A program made the translations under genes and the position numbers. DNA of 64,000 nt, taken from assembly GCF_004010195.1 (NCBI RefSeq), contig NC_057751.1, positions 8,298,404-8,362,403 of the forward strand, written 5' to 3'. The notes under the pieces were generated by a model that made no database searches, had not been told where the DNA came from, and was given only the letters and a program-made list of their open reading frames with translations. Each line of letters opens with the position of its first letter. The stretch's first letter is position 1. Source of the stretch: Chiloscyllium plagiosum. Taxonomy: Eukaryota. Shown in pieces: positions 50,281 to 62,557 of this stretch.

Positions 50281-51543
50281 TTAGAGTAATCCCGCCCAGA
50301 TGGTTTCCAATCTCACCATAAACTCTTGTGGACGCAGATAAAACAGTAAAGGAGGCTTCCAGAATGTCCGAAAAACAGCAGGGCAGACTAATGAACAAAA
50401 AAATGAAGAATTTTCTGACCTCTGTGAAAGATTTGCCAATCAGCCTCATTATCACTATTTGCCACAATAAACCAAAGCAGTACACAAACAAAATCATAGC
50501 TGACATAGAAGGTCAGGGAACATTATCTCCTCGATTATATTAATTAATGCAGGGTCAAAAGTGTTGCGCCTTTCTGCCAGGGAACTTGATAGGAATGCGT
50601 AGTCAATATTTACAAGAGCAAGGCATTTAGCGCACCATTTATCTTTGTCGGGGACCGTGCATTTTGGAGGAGCTGCTGCCCTATTCCTTCGAAAGGCCAA
50701 CGAAGTAAATGGAAGACAGAATGCAGGCAGACCACAGTGCAGCTGGATTCACTGCAAGTTAACCTGCACTGTTTTCATGGACGATCGGGATGGGGGAGGT
50801 GGCACAATAAAACACAAATTGGCTGATGTGCAACTCAACATTAACAGCACCAGTACGTTAGTCGCCTTGGAAACGAGCCACCGTTACATAGACTCAATCA
50901 AAATAATTCAGTCAGTGGGTGTACAAATGAATGCAAAGTGTAACCTTTGAAACTTGTAAGTGCAGTGCCCAGCAACTGAAATGTTATCTCCACTTCCTAT
51001 TAGCATGAATTATTCTCTGCTCTTTTTAGGGAGCCTCCCAACAATTGCAGAACTTAACAGGATGGGATTCTTCATCCTAACGTTATCCTGACAGCTGCCG
51101 ATGGTTCAGATCCTCAGGGTCATCCAAACTCACTCTGCAAGTGTTCCTGCATCACCAGCGCTGACAGGTGTTGACAGGAGCAGGAAATCTGGACTGCGAG
51201 GTTTAGGCAAGGAAGATTTGCATTGGCGTGGCACCTTGCATGAGCTTAGAGACAGTTCCCCTTCCTTTTGAAATGTAGTCGCTCCTGCAGCGTCACAAAC
51301 ACTTTTCATATCATGCTCCCACAAACAACAATGTGGTGATGAAAATAATCACATCCAGTGATACTTTTTCTTGTTTTTTTTCATGGTATGTGAGGCATTG
51401 CTGGCTGGAGGAAATCAGCAGAAAAGGATGGAGAGTTACACTGATAGATTCAGGTGAGCATATTGGGAGGACACTTGACTGCAGTACTGAAATAACTGCA
51501 CAGAGGTCAGTCTCCCATCACCGAGCCCCCCTTTATTTACTTG

Positions 51544-51636
51544 GTTAAAAATCACACATCACCAGGTTATACTCCAACAGGTTTAATTGGAAGCACACTA
51601 GCTTTCGGAGCGACGCTCCTTCATCAGGTGATTGTG
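51544..51636 (-). mobile_element. Family C PLE/hammerhead element
   Basis: Homologous to the 11296-11480 and 44262-44831 arms. Confidence 0.85.
51596..51630 (-). ncRNA. Minimal type I hammerhead ribozyme motif (family C), intact core
   Basis: Minus strand: CAC-CUGAUGA-A-GGAGC(GUC)GCUCC-GAA-AGCU-A-GUG. Confidence 0.7.
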
Positions 51637-51777
51637 CACAGTACACTGGCTGTAGACAGCCAGCTCAGAGTCACTGCCCTCAACTGAGGAGATTCTAAAT
51701 CCCCTGGTTATATATATTTTTTTCACAGAGTCAGTACCCTAAACTGAGGAGACTGTAAATCTCCTGGTTATATATTC

Positions 51778-52150
51778 TTTTACTTTACCCCCATACTACC
51801 CGCTGAACTGCGATAGCGCTTATATTTTCCCCAGCACCCATGTTGTGTGTGTGCAGGTGTGAGACGCAGTGAAAGACACAAGGTGCACGAATCTTTATTC
51901 AATTTCCACCAGCAGGAAGAAAGGAAACAACCGAGTGGCCAGTGACAAGCAGTGCCCTTCACATCAAAGGGCGATGGTGTGTAATCAAACAGTGAAGGGG
52001 AGGTCAGGGATTAAATCAAAATAGAGTTGGAGGGGGAAATAATGCACTCCACTCCCTGCGGTGCCCACCTCTCCCTGAACAGCTCAAGGGTGTTGGTGGA
52101 CACCATGTGCTCCCTCTCCAGGGACACTCTGGCTCGAACGTAATCCCGTA
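51778..52150 (-). mobile_element. Tx1-clade LINE 3' end
   Basis: Minus frame RDYVRARVSLEREHMVSTNTLELFRERWAPQGVECIISPSNSILI* (stop 52011-52013), then 3' UTR with AATAAA and an A-rich end. Confidence 0.65.
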
Positions 52151-52297
52151 GTTATATTGTTTGGCCAGGGCTTCCGAAGTGACCCAGGTTAACAACAACC
52201 CCAATCAAGAACCTTGTAATCAAACAGCTCCACCTAATACCAACCACTACAGTATAAATGGATTGGTCGGGCCAAATGACCTGATTCTATGCCATGT

Positions 52298-52398
52298 GTT
52301 CTGAAGGAGGGTCACTCAACTCGAAATGTTAACTCTAATTTCTCACCACAGACACTGCCAAACCTGCTGATCTTTTCCAGCAATTTCTATTCTTGTTG
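52298..52398 (+). mobile_element. Family B PLE/hammerhead element (decayed)
   Basis: GTT-CTGAAGG-A-GGGTC..AACTC-GAAATGTT-AAC..CCTGCTGATCTTTTCCAGC. Confidence 0.7.
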
Positions 52399-53252
52399 TC
52401 TATGCTACATGAGCTGTGTGCATCTCTGTCGCAAATATTCCCATGCCATGACATAGATACTGTTGATCAACCTATTTCCATGTGTTGTGACCCACCGCTG
52501 GAGCAGGTGGGACTTGTATCCGGGGACTTCTGACCAAGAGGCAGGGACGATGCCACTGCACCGCAGTGACACCCACAACCTATAATGTGGAGCGACATAC
52601 TTGGGCAATTCTGCATCTGAGAACATGAATCATTTTCTTGAGGGGCCATCATCTGGCCCCCTCACATTTCACTTTTCAAGATAAAAGCAATTTCATTCAT
52701 TGTAACATTACTGTTACCAGCATTCGATGGGAAGGCAGTCATTTAACCAAGCGATATTTCCCCAGCGTCCAACAGCATTTTTTTCTCCTGACAGACATTT
52801 CTTTTTTTTGTGATGTTTAAGTACTTAACATGCAAGCAACAATCAGGTCAGTGTGTTCATGTTGTGTCCTAAAGTCAATTACTTGCCTGGTTTGAAGAAC
52901 ACATTTTATGTCAGGAGAGATTTCACGGTTGATGCTTTTTCTGAGTCTCTGTTTTTCTTAACATTATTCTATCCATGCACCGCAATTCCATTTTGTGGTG
53001 GAGCAGCTTGAGCTCCCAAAAATATCATAGATCAATCAGTGCCGCTAGATCTGTGTAGCTTAGCTGCTTGTGTTTGACGTGGAAGGTTATTAATGGGTAT
53101 TTAACCATTCTAGTCAGAGGCAGGTCCCAGTGGAGATAAAAGTTAATAGATAAGTTGAATTAATTCAGATATTCATACGTCTGAATTATTGTCATTCAAG
53201 AACGCCGGAGAAACAGTCATGTCTTCAGGTCAAGCCACCTCCGAAGTTGGAG

Positions 53253-53334
53253 ATGATGGCGGGAGATGAAGAAGTAAATTGTTTAAAATCAAATTTAGAC
53301 TCCGCCAAATCTCCAAAAGAGCTGGAATATCCAA
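53253..53334 (+). CDS. Candidate short coding exon MMAGDEEVNCLKSNLDSAKSPKELEYP (unidentified)
   Basis: ATGATGGCG start context, open frame, donor AA|GTAAGG at 53335, local CpG retention; no homology recognised. Confidence 0.2.
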
Positions 53335-53454
53335 GTAAGGTGCTCCCTAAATAATATAAACCTACAAGTGAAATGAGGAAGAAATAACGTACTTGCATTT
53401 ATACAGCACCTCAAGGACCCGCCTCAGCACTTTGCTTAGGAGAATGCACAGGCT

Positions 53455-53665
53455 AAAAATCCAAAGATGTGCAAGTTCGGTGGATACACCACGCTAAGTT
53501 GCCCATTGTATCCAGGGATGTGCAGGCTAGGTGGATTAGACATGGGAAATGCAGGGTTGTAGGGATAGAGTCAGGTGTGGGTCTGGGTGGAATGCTCTTC
53601 AGAGAGTCAGTGTGGACTTGATGGGCCGAATGTTTCCACACTGTAGGGATTCTATGATTCGATGA
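53455..53665 (+). mobile_element. HE1/V-SINE 3' half
   Basis: CCAAAGATGTGCAAGTT..GGGCCGAATGTTTCCACACTGTAGGGATTCTATG. Confidence 0.8.
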
Positions 53666-54849
53666 TTCGATGAATGTAGATCATGCCCTAATATAGAAGG
53701 GGATGCAGCATAAAGGATTAATCAATGAACATGGAGGGAGATGTAGTGTAAAGGGTAAATGTTAAATATGTAAATTGACAGTCTGCACCATCAGTGATGT
53801 AAGATCACATGACTGAGTTCATGTGATGGTTGAACGTGCAAAGCCTCATCCCGCATAAAGTTGCAAGTCAATGTTTCAGTAATGACAAGGTTCACTAACA
53901 AATTATTCACCCAGAGAGTCTTGTATCGATCCTATGTAAGTGCACAACCTCAACTAAGACCCACAATGATGACAACATGAAGTATTTGTGAAATGTAGTC
54001 ATTGTTGGAAATAGAATAGCCAACTGACACACAACAAGTTTCCACAACCAGCAACACAAAAACGACCAGGTAATCTGTTCGTTTGGAGTGCCACATATAC
54101 TCCTGCACTCAAATTCTTGGAGTGGGACTTGAGCCTTTCTGATCAAGAGGGGGAGAGTGTCTATCCACTGAGTCTTTGAGTACAAGAAAGGAAAGCCCCT
54201 GAAGGTAGATACTTTTAGAGGTGAAGGCCACATGTGGTGACTCTACTCCAGTAATTAACCCAAGTGATCCCAATAGACAAGCCCAAACACCAGGTTGCAG
54301 AGTCTGTTCACTATTGAGGGTGTCTTGTGTGAACACACAATCCTTTCTGCCTCCAACATGCCTCTGAGCTTTCTGGCTCGCATTACAGGGGAGTTAAGAA
54401 GAATATGAACTTGAGGCATTTCAGCAGCTGTGACCAGACACTGCACAGTGACGTGCAAGTCAGTAAATAGTCCATCTACTGCCTCATGTGAGATCTTCCA
54501 AGTCATTTCGGAGGGTCCCGAGGCGGAAGATGCTGAGAACCATCAGGGGCCAACAATATAGATGTTGTTGCTCTTTAACACTCTCATCAAAACAGTCTGG
54601 TCAGCACCCCCCCACACTCACTCTCACTGCACCCACAACTACGCAACCACAAATCATTTGTAAAAAGCATGTGGATGTCACACATTGTGATTAGTCCCCA
54701 CTCTCATTCACAGATAACAACCTACAGTGTTGATAATAGTTCAGGCTATTCAAAATTAAGGTTCACAGAGGCTGCAAGGTTGCTATTAAATTACATACTA
54801 CATTTGAAGTTGTCTTCTAGTCATTTGTCAAGGGGATGTACAGCAGGAC

Positions 54850-55715
54850 ATAGATAGATTGCAGATTTGGGCTGAGAAATAGTAGACGGAGTTTAATCTG
54901 GACAAATGCAAGGTGACGCATTTTGAAAAATCAAATTCAGGTGCGAATTATACAACAAATTGCAGAGCCCTTAACAGCATTGAAATACAGAGGGATCAGG
55001 GTATACAGGTCAAAAGGTCCCTGAGAGTGGCAACACAGGTGGATAAGGTAGTCATGAAGGCATACTGCTGTATGCTGTACGCTCATCTTCATTGGCTGGG
55101 ACGTGGAATGGCAAGTTATATTACATCTGTACGCAACTTCAGTTGTGCCACATTTGGAATATTGCTGGCAGTTCTGGTCACCACGCTATCAGAAGGAGGT
55201 GGATGCTTTGAGAGAGCACAGAGAAGATTTACCAGGATGTTGACTCATCTGAAGGGTTTCAGTTATGAGGAACAGTTGGATGGACTCGGATTGTTTTCAC
55301 TGAAAAGAGGTGTGACCTGGCAGAGGTCTACAAAATTGTGAGGGGCATGAATGGGAAGGACAGTCAGAGGTTTTTTTTTCTCCCTGTGGAATGGCCAACA
55401 GAAGAGGACACAGTATCAAGGTGAGAGGGGGAACGCTTACAGGAGAAGTGCAGGAACAAGTTTTCACACAGCGGTTGGTGGGCGTAAGAAGTACTGCCAG
55501 TGGAGGTGGTGGAAGCAGGCACATCAGCAACATTTAAGGTATTTTTTAAGAGACACATGAACGGTAGGCAAACAGATGGATAGAAACCGTGCATGAGCAA
55601 TAAGTAGCAATAAATAAGGACTAAGAAACCGTGCATGAGCAATAAGTAACTGGTCTAAATAAGGACTAGGATCAGTGTAGGCGTAATGTGCCAAACAGAT
55701 TGTTCCCATGCTCTA
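54850..55715 (+). mobile_element. CR1 3' fragment
   Basis: QRDQGIQVKRSLRVATQVDKVV; ERAQRRFTRML..KGFSYEEQLDGLGLFSL. Confidence 0.85.
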
Positions 55716-56039
55716 TTGAAATGAATTGAATTGAATTGAATTTGTTCTAACTCCAGCACCGAGCCCACAAAGCACAAGTTAGCACCTTTGGCTCCCTGAC
55801 CGCTGTTTAGTTTTACATCACCTGCGCTGTTTTCACTGAAGTTGAGCAAAACAGATCAATGGGGCTAAGGTAGAGTCGAAGATGTCTGGCAGAGATTGGG
55901 TGATGGAACAACAATTTCCACTCAGTTCTTCTCCTTTAATGTGTGAAGCAAGACACCCTGAAGCACTTCACTGAGATTTAAAAGTCAGGAGAAAAAAAAT
56001 CAGAGAATCAAAAGAAAAAGCATAAAAGGAGACAAAAGT

Positions 56040-57400
56040 CAGTGATAACCCTGAAAACTGGGATAAATTCAGAGCCCAACAGAGGACAAAAAAAGTAACA
56101 AAGACAAAGAAAGTAAACTGAGAGGGAAACCAGCAAGGAATATAAAAACTAACAATCAGAGCTTCTTCCGCTGTATAAAAAGAAAGAGAGAGATCAAAGT
56201 GGAGAGAAGCCCCTTGCAGATGAATCTGGGGAGACCGATTTGGGGAATAAGGAACTAACAGAAGGATTAAAGAGATATTTCACATCAGTCTTTTTGTTAG
56301 AAAATACTTCAAACATCCCACTAATGTGAAAGAATACAGGGAGGACTTAAGTACCATTACAATCACGAGACATGTAGTAATGGACAAACTAATGGAACTG
56401 ATGGAAGATAAATCTCTTGGCCGTGAAGGCTTGCCTCTGAAAAGAGATGGCTACAGACATCGTTGATGCATTGTTTGTCATTTTCCAAAAGTCCTTGGAC
56501 TCTGGATTGGAAAGCTGCAAAAGTGACACTCTGACTCAAAAAGGGAGGGAGTAAAACTTAGGTAACTATTGGCTGATTAGCCTAAAGTCTATTGTTGGAA
56601 AAGTACTGGAGTCAATTTTGATCGAGGTAATAGCAGAACACAAGGAAAATCACAATCAAAACAAGCAGACACAGTATGTTTTCATGAAAGGTAAGGAGTG
56701 TCTGACTGATTTGTTAGTTTTTCAAGGAAGTCTTAACTGGAATGAACAGAAGTGAACCAGAGGAAGGGTAACTCTTAGCTCTGATTTCTCTCCACAGGTG
56801 CTGCCAGACCTGCTGAGCTTTTCCAGCAATTTCTGTTTTTAAACCTATAGGAGTGTGGCATTGGGACTTCTAAAGGTTAAGTCATAAGATAAGAGTCCGT
56901 ACTCTTCAAGGTAATGTATTGGCATGGATAGAGAATTGGCTCATGGGCAGGATACAGCGTGTGGGGATAAGGGATGCTTTTTCAGGTTGGCAACCTGTGA
57001 CCAAAGGAAATCCACAGGAATCTGTGCTGGGACCACAACAGTTTACAATGTTTACTCATGACCTGGCAGAAATAAGTGAATGTATTGCAGCCAAATTTGC
57101 AAAAGTAGATGGAAAGATAGGTTGTGAAAGAGATACTAACAACTTAAAGTGATCTATTAATAGGTTAAGTGGACAAAAGGTTGGCAAATGGAGTATAATA
57201 TGAAGAGAAAACAAAACTATCTAACTGGAGAAAAGTGCAGAAAGCTACAAAACAAAGGGACTTGGGGCCTACAAAACACAGAAAGCCGGTGCACAGATAC
57301 AGCAGGTAATCAGAAAGGTTAATGGAATACTGGGCCTGAATTCAAGGGGTTTCGAGTTTAAAGGTCGGAAAGTCTGAGTGCAACTGTACAAAGATCCTTA
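56040..57400 (+). mobile_element. CR1 ORF2 (RT) fragment with a family B insert at about 56760-56840
   Basis: GNY.LISLKSIVGKVLESI; AWIENWLMGRIQRVGIRDAFSGWQPVTKGNPQESVLGP. Confidence 0.85.
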
Positions 57401-57404
57401 GACA

Positions 57405-57710
57405 GCACCTTCTAAACCCACGACCACTTGTACTTCGAAGGACAAGGGCATCAGATACATTGGAACACAACCCCCTGCAAATTCTCATTCAATCCACTCA
57501 CCATCCCGGTTTGGAAATATATCACCATTCATTCACTGCTGCTGGATCAAAATCCTGGAATTCCCTCCCTCAGCACATTCTGCATCTATCTACAGCATAT
57601 GGACTGCAGTGTTTCAATAAGGGAGCTCACCATCCCCCCGCCACCCCCACCTTCTTACAGGGCAATAAATGCTGGCCCAGCTGGTGTCGCCCAAGTCCCA
57701 TGAATGAAAG
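57405..57710 (+). mobile_element. CR1/L2-clade LINE 3' end sharing its tail with the third-family SINE
   Basis: GSKSWNSLP..GLQCFNKGAHH; tail GGGCAATAAATGCTGGCC..ATGAATGAA. Confidence 0.7.
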
Positions 57711-57711
57711 A

Positions 57712-58045
57712 AGGAGGCTTGACAGGGTAAATGCGGAGAGAATGTTTCTCTTGGGAGAGTCAAGGACCAGAGGGTATAGTCTCAGAATAAAGGGGAGCCA
57801 ATGTAAAATTGAAATGAGAAGGAATTTCATCTCTCAGAAGTTTGAGAGTCTTTGGAACTCCTTACCAGAGAGCTCTGGGGGCAGAGTCCTTGTATATGTT
57901 TAGGGCTGAGATAGATTCTTTAACAGTCAGGGAATCATGGGTAGACATGAGGAGTGTCAGATCAGCCATGACGCTCTTGAATGGAGGTGCAGACTTAAAG
58001 GGCTGAATGGCCTTTTCCTACTCCTCTGTGTTGTGATCTTATGGT
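57712..58045 (+). mobile_element. CR1 3' end
   Basis: LDRVNAERMFLLGESRTRGYSLRIKG..EMRRNFISQ. Confidence 0.8.
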
Positions 58046-58456
58046 CTGAGAATGGAGAATGTGGCGAGATGATGTGAACCAAGGCATGGTCAAAGAAATG
58101 AGAGGATGTTGAGGAGAATTTCAAAAAAAAATAAAGTGAAAAAGGTCACTTACAAGAGTCCAAGTGATTGCAAGCACTGTTATCAATGATGGACCAACAG
58201 GATAAGGGAAGTGCCAAGGAGAATAGGAAAGCCCAAAAAAGAAAGAGAGAGGTGAATGCATAGAGTTCTTTTGTGTTTAGAAACTGTGTTTGAATTTAAT
58301 CTGATCCAGTGTTACTCATGCAAGGATAAAGTTTCCAACTGCTTTTGACAACAGCTCTCAAACCTTTGCTTGCTCAGAGTGGCCAAGGAACTATCTCAGC
58401 TTCACAAGAAGGATAAGAATCCAGACTAGCTTAAGATGAGGGATGATGGACATTGG

Positions 58457-58900
58457 AGGAGAAAGTGAGGACTGCAGATTAGATTACTTACAGTGTGGAA
58501 ACAGGCCCTTCGGCCCAACAAGTCCACACCGACCCGCCGAAGCGTAACCCACCCATACCCCTACATTTACCCCTTTACCTAACACTACGGGCAATTTAGC
58601 ATGGCCAATTCACCTGACTTGCACATCTTTGGACTGTGGGAGGAAACCGGAGCCCCCGGAGGAAACCCACGCAGACACGGGGAGAACGTGCAAACTCCAC
58701 ACAGTCAGTCGCCTGAGTCGGGAATTGAACCCAGATCTCTGGCGCTGCGAGGCAGCAGTGCTAACCACTGTGCCACCGTGCCGCCCACTGATGCTGGAGA
58801 TCAGAGCTGAAAAATGTGTTGCTGGAAAAGCGCAGCAGGTCAGGCAGCCTCCAAGGAGAAGGAGAATCAACGTTTCGGGCATAAGCCCTTCTTCAGGAAT
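58457..58900 (-). mobile_element. Family A PLE/hammerhead element split by HE1
   Basis: AGGAGAAAGTGAGGACTGCAGAT | HE1 | GATGCTGGAG...CGTTTCGGGCATAAGCCCTTCTTCAGGAAT; intact hammerhead core at about 58865-58900. Confidence 0.85.
58479..58786 (-). mobile_element. HE1/V-SINE, full length
   Basis: Head, V-domain and tail; CpGs retained. Confidence 0.9.
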
Positions 58901-59449
58901 CCTGATTATTGTGGCTTCTTTCTTGGCCAATGATGAGATCTTAGTTGTCTGCTCATCTTCTGAGGTGTATTTCAGTTTCCAAATATTTCACCCTTTTGTC
59001 CAAACAACAACTTGCATTTAAATAGCGTCACTCACACAATGAAACATCCCCTTGCCCTTCACATCCTTGGCAGGACCAATATCAAGCAAAGTCTGAGACT
59101 GAGCCTCAGAAGGAAATTCCCAAGCAGATGACCGAAAGCATGGTCAAAGAGAGAGAGTTTTAAGAGCACCCGAAATGGCGTGAGAGAGAGGGATAGTGAG
59201 ATAGAGAGTTTTGGGGAGGGAACTTAAAAGCTGAGAAATTTTCCACTGCCTCTCAAAGGACGGTTCAGATCTTGGCTCAGAGTAGGCAAGTATCTCCAGC
59301 TTGCAACATGGACCTCTCTCAGCTTGACAGTAAGGATGGCAGACATGGCTTCAAGAGGCCAGAATTACAGTGCTCAGAGATTTAATAGGGTCATGGACCT
59401 AGAGGGTACTAATTTTGACATTCTGCTACTTTGTGAAGGATGCGGGGGG

Positions 59450-59668
59450 GTCAGTTAGCTCAGTTGGCTGGACAGCTGGGTTGCGAAGCTGAGTGACGTC
59501 AACAGGGAAGGTTCAATTCCCACACTGGCTGAGGTGACCATGAAGGTCACCTCTTTCTCAACCTCTCCCTCAAGTTAAACCACCATCACTCATCTCTCTC
59601 TCTCTCTCTCTGCCTCTCACTCTACAAGGAGAGAGCAGCCCTATTGTCTGCAAGAACAACGGTGATTT
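59450..59668 (+). mobile_element. Second-family tRNA SINE
   Basis: TTAGCTCAGTTGGCTGGACAGC..GGTTCAATTCCCACACTGGCTGAGG. Confidence 0.75.
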
Positions 59669-59825
59669 TACTGTGCTCAACACAGGGAGCTGGTTGAGCA
59701 ATGAGAACAAGTGATGTCACGAAGACAGAAGAGAAATGGAAGCTCTGATCTGGAATGCGAAATGCGTTGTTGCTCATGGCTTGAGGGTGATAGGAACAGG
59801 GATAAAAACCAGGTGATTAATCACG

Positions 59826-60176
59826 GAATCATAGAATCCCTGCAATGTGGAAACAAGCCATTTGGCCCATTGAGTCCACACCGACCTACCTTAGAGTGAC
59901 CCACACTCCATATCCTATTCCAGTAACCCTGTATTTCTCAAGGCTAACCTACCTAGTCTGCACACCCCTCAACATTATAGGCAATTTAACATGGCAAATC
60001 CACCGAGCCTGCACATCTTTGGACGGTGGGAGGAAAACGAGCACCCGGAGGAAACCCACGCAGACACGGGGAGAATGTGCAAACTCCACACAGACAGTCG
60101 CCTGAGGGTGGAATCGAACCCGGGTCCCTGGTATTGTGAGGGAGCAGTGCTAACCACTGAGCCACCATGGCTGCCC
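59826..60176 (-). mobile_element. HE1/V-SINE
   Basis: Head, V-domain and tail. Confidence 0.9.
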
Positions 60177-61691
60177 TTTTGTTGGGGGTCCCTGACCTGA
60201 AATCTGCGGCTCTCTTGGAGGGAGGAATGCAAGTTCGAACTCATTGGGCTGACCCAATCTGGGGACAAAGTCCTGTCTCGAGATAAAGAAGGGCACATGG
60301 TAGAGATCATAAATCCGTGCCCCAACAGCTTTGCAAATGGAAATAGAAATTTGCTGGATAAACTCAGCAGGTCTGGCAGCATCTGTGGAGAGAGAAACCC
60401 AAATCAACATTTCCGATCCAGCAGCCAGTGTTTATGAAGCATTAAACTTGGGCATTTCTGAACAGTACCTTGAAACTGTGAACAATGTTTTAGTTGCTAA
60501 CAACAAGAATAAAAATCTTGGTGATAATTACAGCATTCAAAATTTAACCTATTTGTTTATATTTGGAAAAGTAGTACAAATTAAGATGAAAAAAAGATGT
60601 GGTGCCATTTTGACTCCCGTGTTTCTCCAAATAGTATTTGTAATCAGAAAATTTACAAACTATCAGCATGAAAACCCACATAATTAGCCAATAATATTCA
60701 TATGATATGATAACTATCAACATGGGGCAGGCGATTTCTGAAGAACTCTCCATCGACTGCAAGGATAGTCTTTCCCTGAGGCCTAATACACTTTACCTCG
60801 TGTGAAAAATAAAATTCACATCGTTGTCCGCATCAACTCAGACACACCAATGTGTTAAAAGTCATGAATTTTGTCCAAGACATATTTTTTGATGTCTGCC
60901 CTTGGGTTCAAGTCATTTTCAGGAGTGAGCGATAACTGCTAAAAGCTGAAGAAATATGTCCCAGCAGTGAATAACATAATCAGAATTCGGAAAATAGCAA
61001 TGACAGCCCCAGTTTGAAAAGAACAAGGTCGAGCCCAGATTCTCCAAAGAAGGTGAGGCAACACAATTAAAAGGCATTGGAACCTTATTTTCAAGGCATT
61101 CAAATCCTCTGGGGGGTGGGGGTGGGGGGGAGCCCAATTCCAGCCTGAACAAATTAAAACCCTTCTTACGTTTCAAATTCTCAGTGTCAGCATGTCAGGA
61201 GTGTTGCAAATCCCTTGTCCATGAGAATGTACAAATTCTGAGCAGCAGTCGGATGTTCAGCCCCTCAAATATGCTCTGTCCTTTGATAAGATCATGCCTG
61301 ATTTAATTGCAGCTTCAACTCCCACTCTCCTGTCTATCCCATTCCCCCGAACCCTTTGATTCCCCTGTCAATCTCAATCAAACTCGGACTTAAATGTATT
61401 CAGCAGCCCAGCCTCTGCTGCTCTTTGAGCAAGTGTTCTACAGACCAAGGGCCCTTTAAAAGGAAAACAAAAAGAGACCTCCACATCTCCATCCTAACTG
61501 GAACACCCTTATTTTTGAACTGAGTCCTCTTGTTCGAATCTCTCTTAAGGAGGAAACACCATCTTAGCATCCATGCCCCTCAACTCTCCTCAGGATCTTC
61601 AATGTTTCAACAAGATCACCTCTCAATTGTTGGAAACAAGCCTAGCCTGACTCATCTCTCCTCCCAGATCACTTGCCCATTCCCGGTGTCA

Positions 61692-61913
61692 GAGTTGAAA
61701 AGTGTGGCACTGGAAAAGGACAGCAGGTCAGGCAACCCCTCCAAGGAGCAGCAGAGTCCACGTTTCAGGCATAACACCCTGATTTCCTGATGAAGGACTT
61801 ATGCACACAACGTCATCTCTCCTGCTCCTCTGATGCTGCCTAACTCGTTGTGCTTTTCCAGCGCACAACACTTTTCGACTTTGACTCTTCAGCATCTGCA
61901 GTCCTCTCTTTCT
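61692..61913. mobile_element. Family A inverted dimer inside a minus-strand CR1
   Basis: 15-bp TSD CCATTCC(C/A)GGTGTCA at 61677-61691 and 61914-61928. Confidence 0.85.
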
Positions 61914-62557
61914 CCATTCCAGGTGTCAATCCAGTAAACCTCCTCTTGAATCACCTCCAACATATTTACGTTTCTTCACTCAATGAGGAGATCAAAACTG
62001 TTCATTAGAAACATCGAAACGAAGGGCAGCATTAGGGCATTTGTCCCTCTGAGCCTGCTCCACTATTCATTATGATCTTGGTCAATTACCCTACGCAATA
62101 CCCTAGTCACACTTTCATTCCATAACCTTTGATTCCTTTAGTCCTGGGAACTACATCCACATCCTGCTGGAACTCCATCAATGTTTTGGCCTCAAACGCT
62201 TTGTGGGACAGAGATTTCCACAGGCTCACCAGTCTCTGGATGAAGAGATTTCTCCTCATCTCTGTCCTTAAAGGCCTAGCCTTTATCGCGAGACTGTCCT
62301 GGATTCCTGGTCATTGAAACATTGCATTAAATGAGTGCAAAATGAGAAAATGACGCAGAACCTTGGCAAACATGTCTTTCTTCAGCTATACTTAAGTTCT
62401 GTGTGGCCAAACCACTGATAATATTTTGAATCAAAGTCCATTTGGACAATAGCATGGGAACTGTCTGAGGGAGGAGTGCATCTTCTCCTCTCTTAGATGG
62501 CACATCTGGGAATGCCTGAGACAGCACTGAGCTTTTTCCAACAAAACTTATCACAGC

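Noticed and set aside
55582..55668. Short direct duplication AGAAACCGTGCATGAGCAATAAGTA
   Set aside because: Two-copy local duplication within a CR1 3' UTR; not an array
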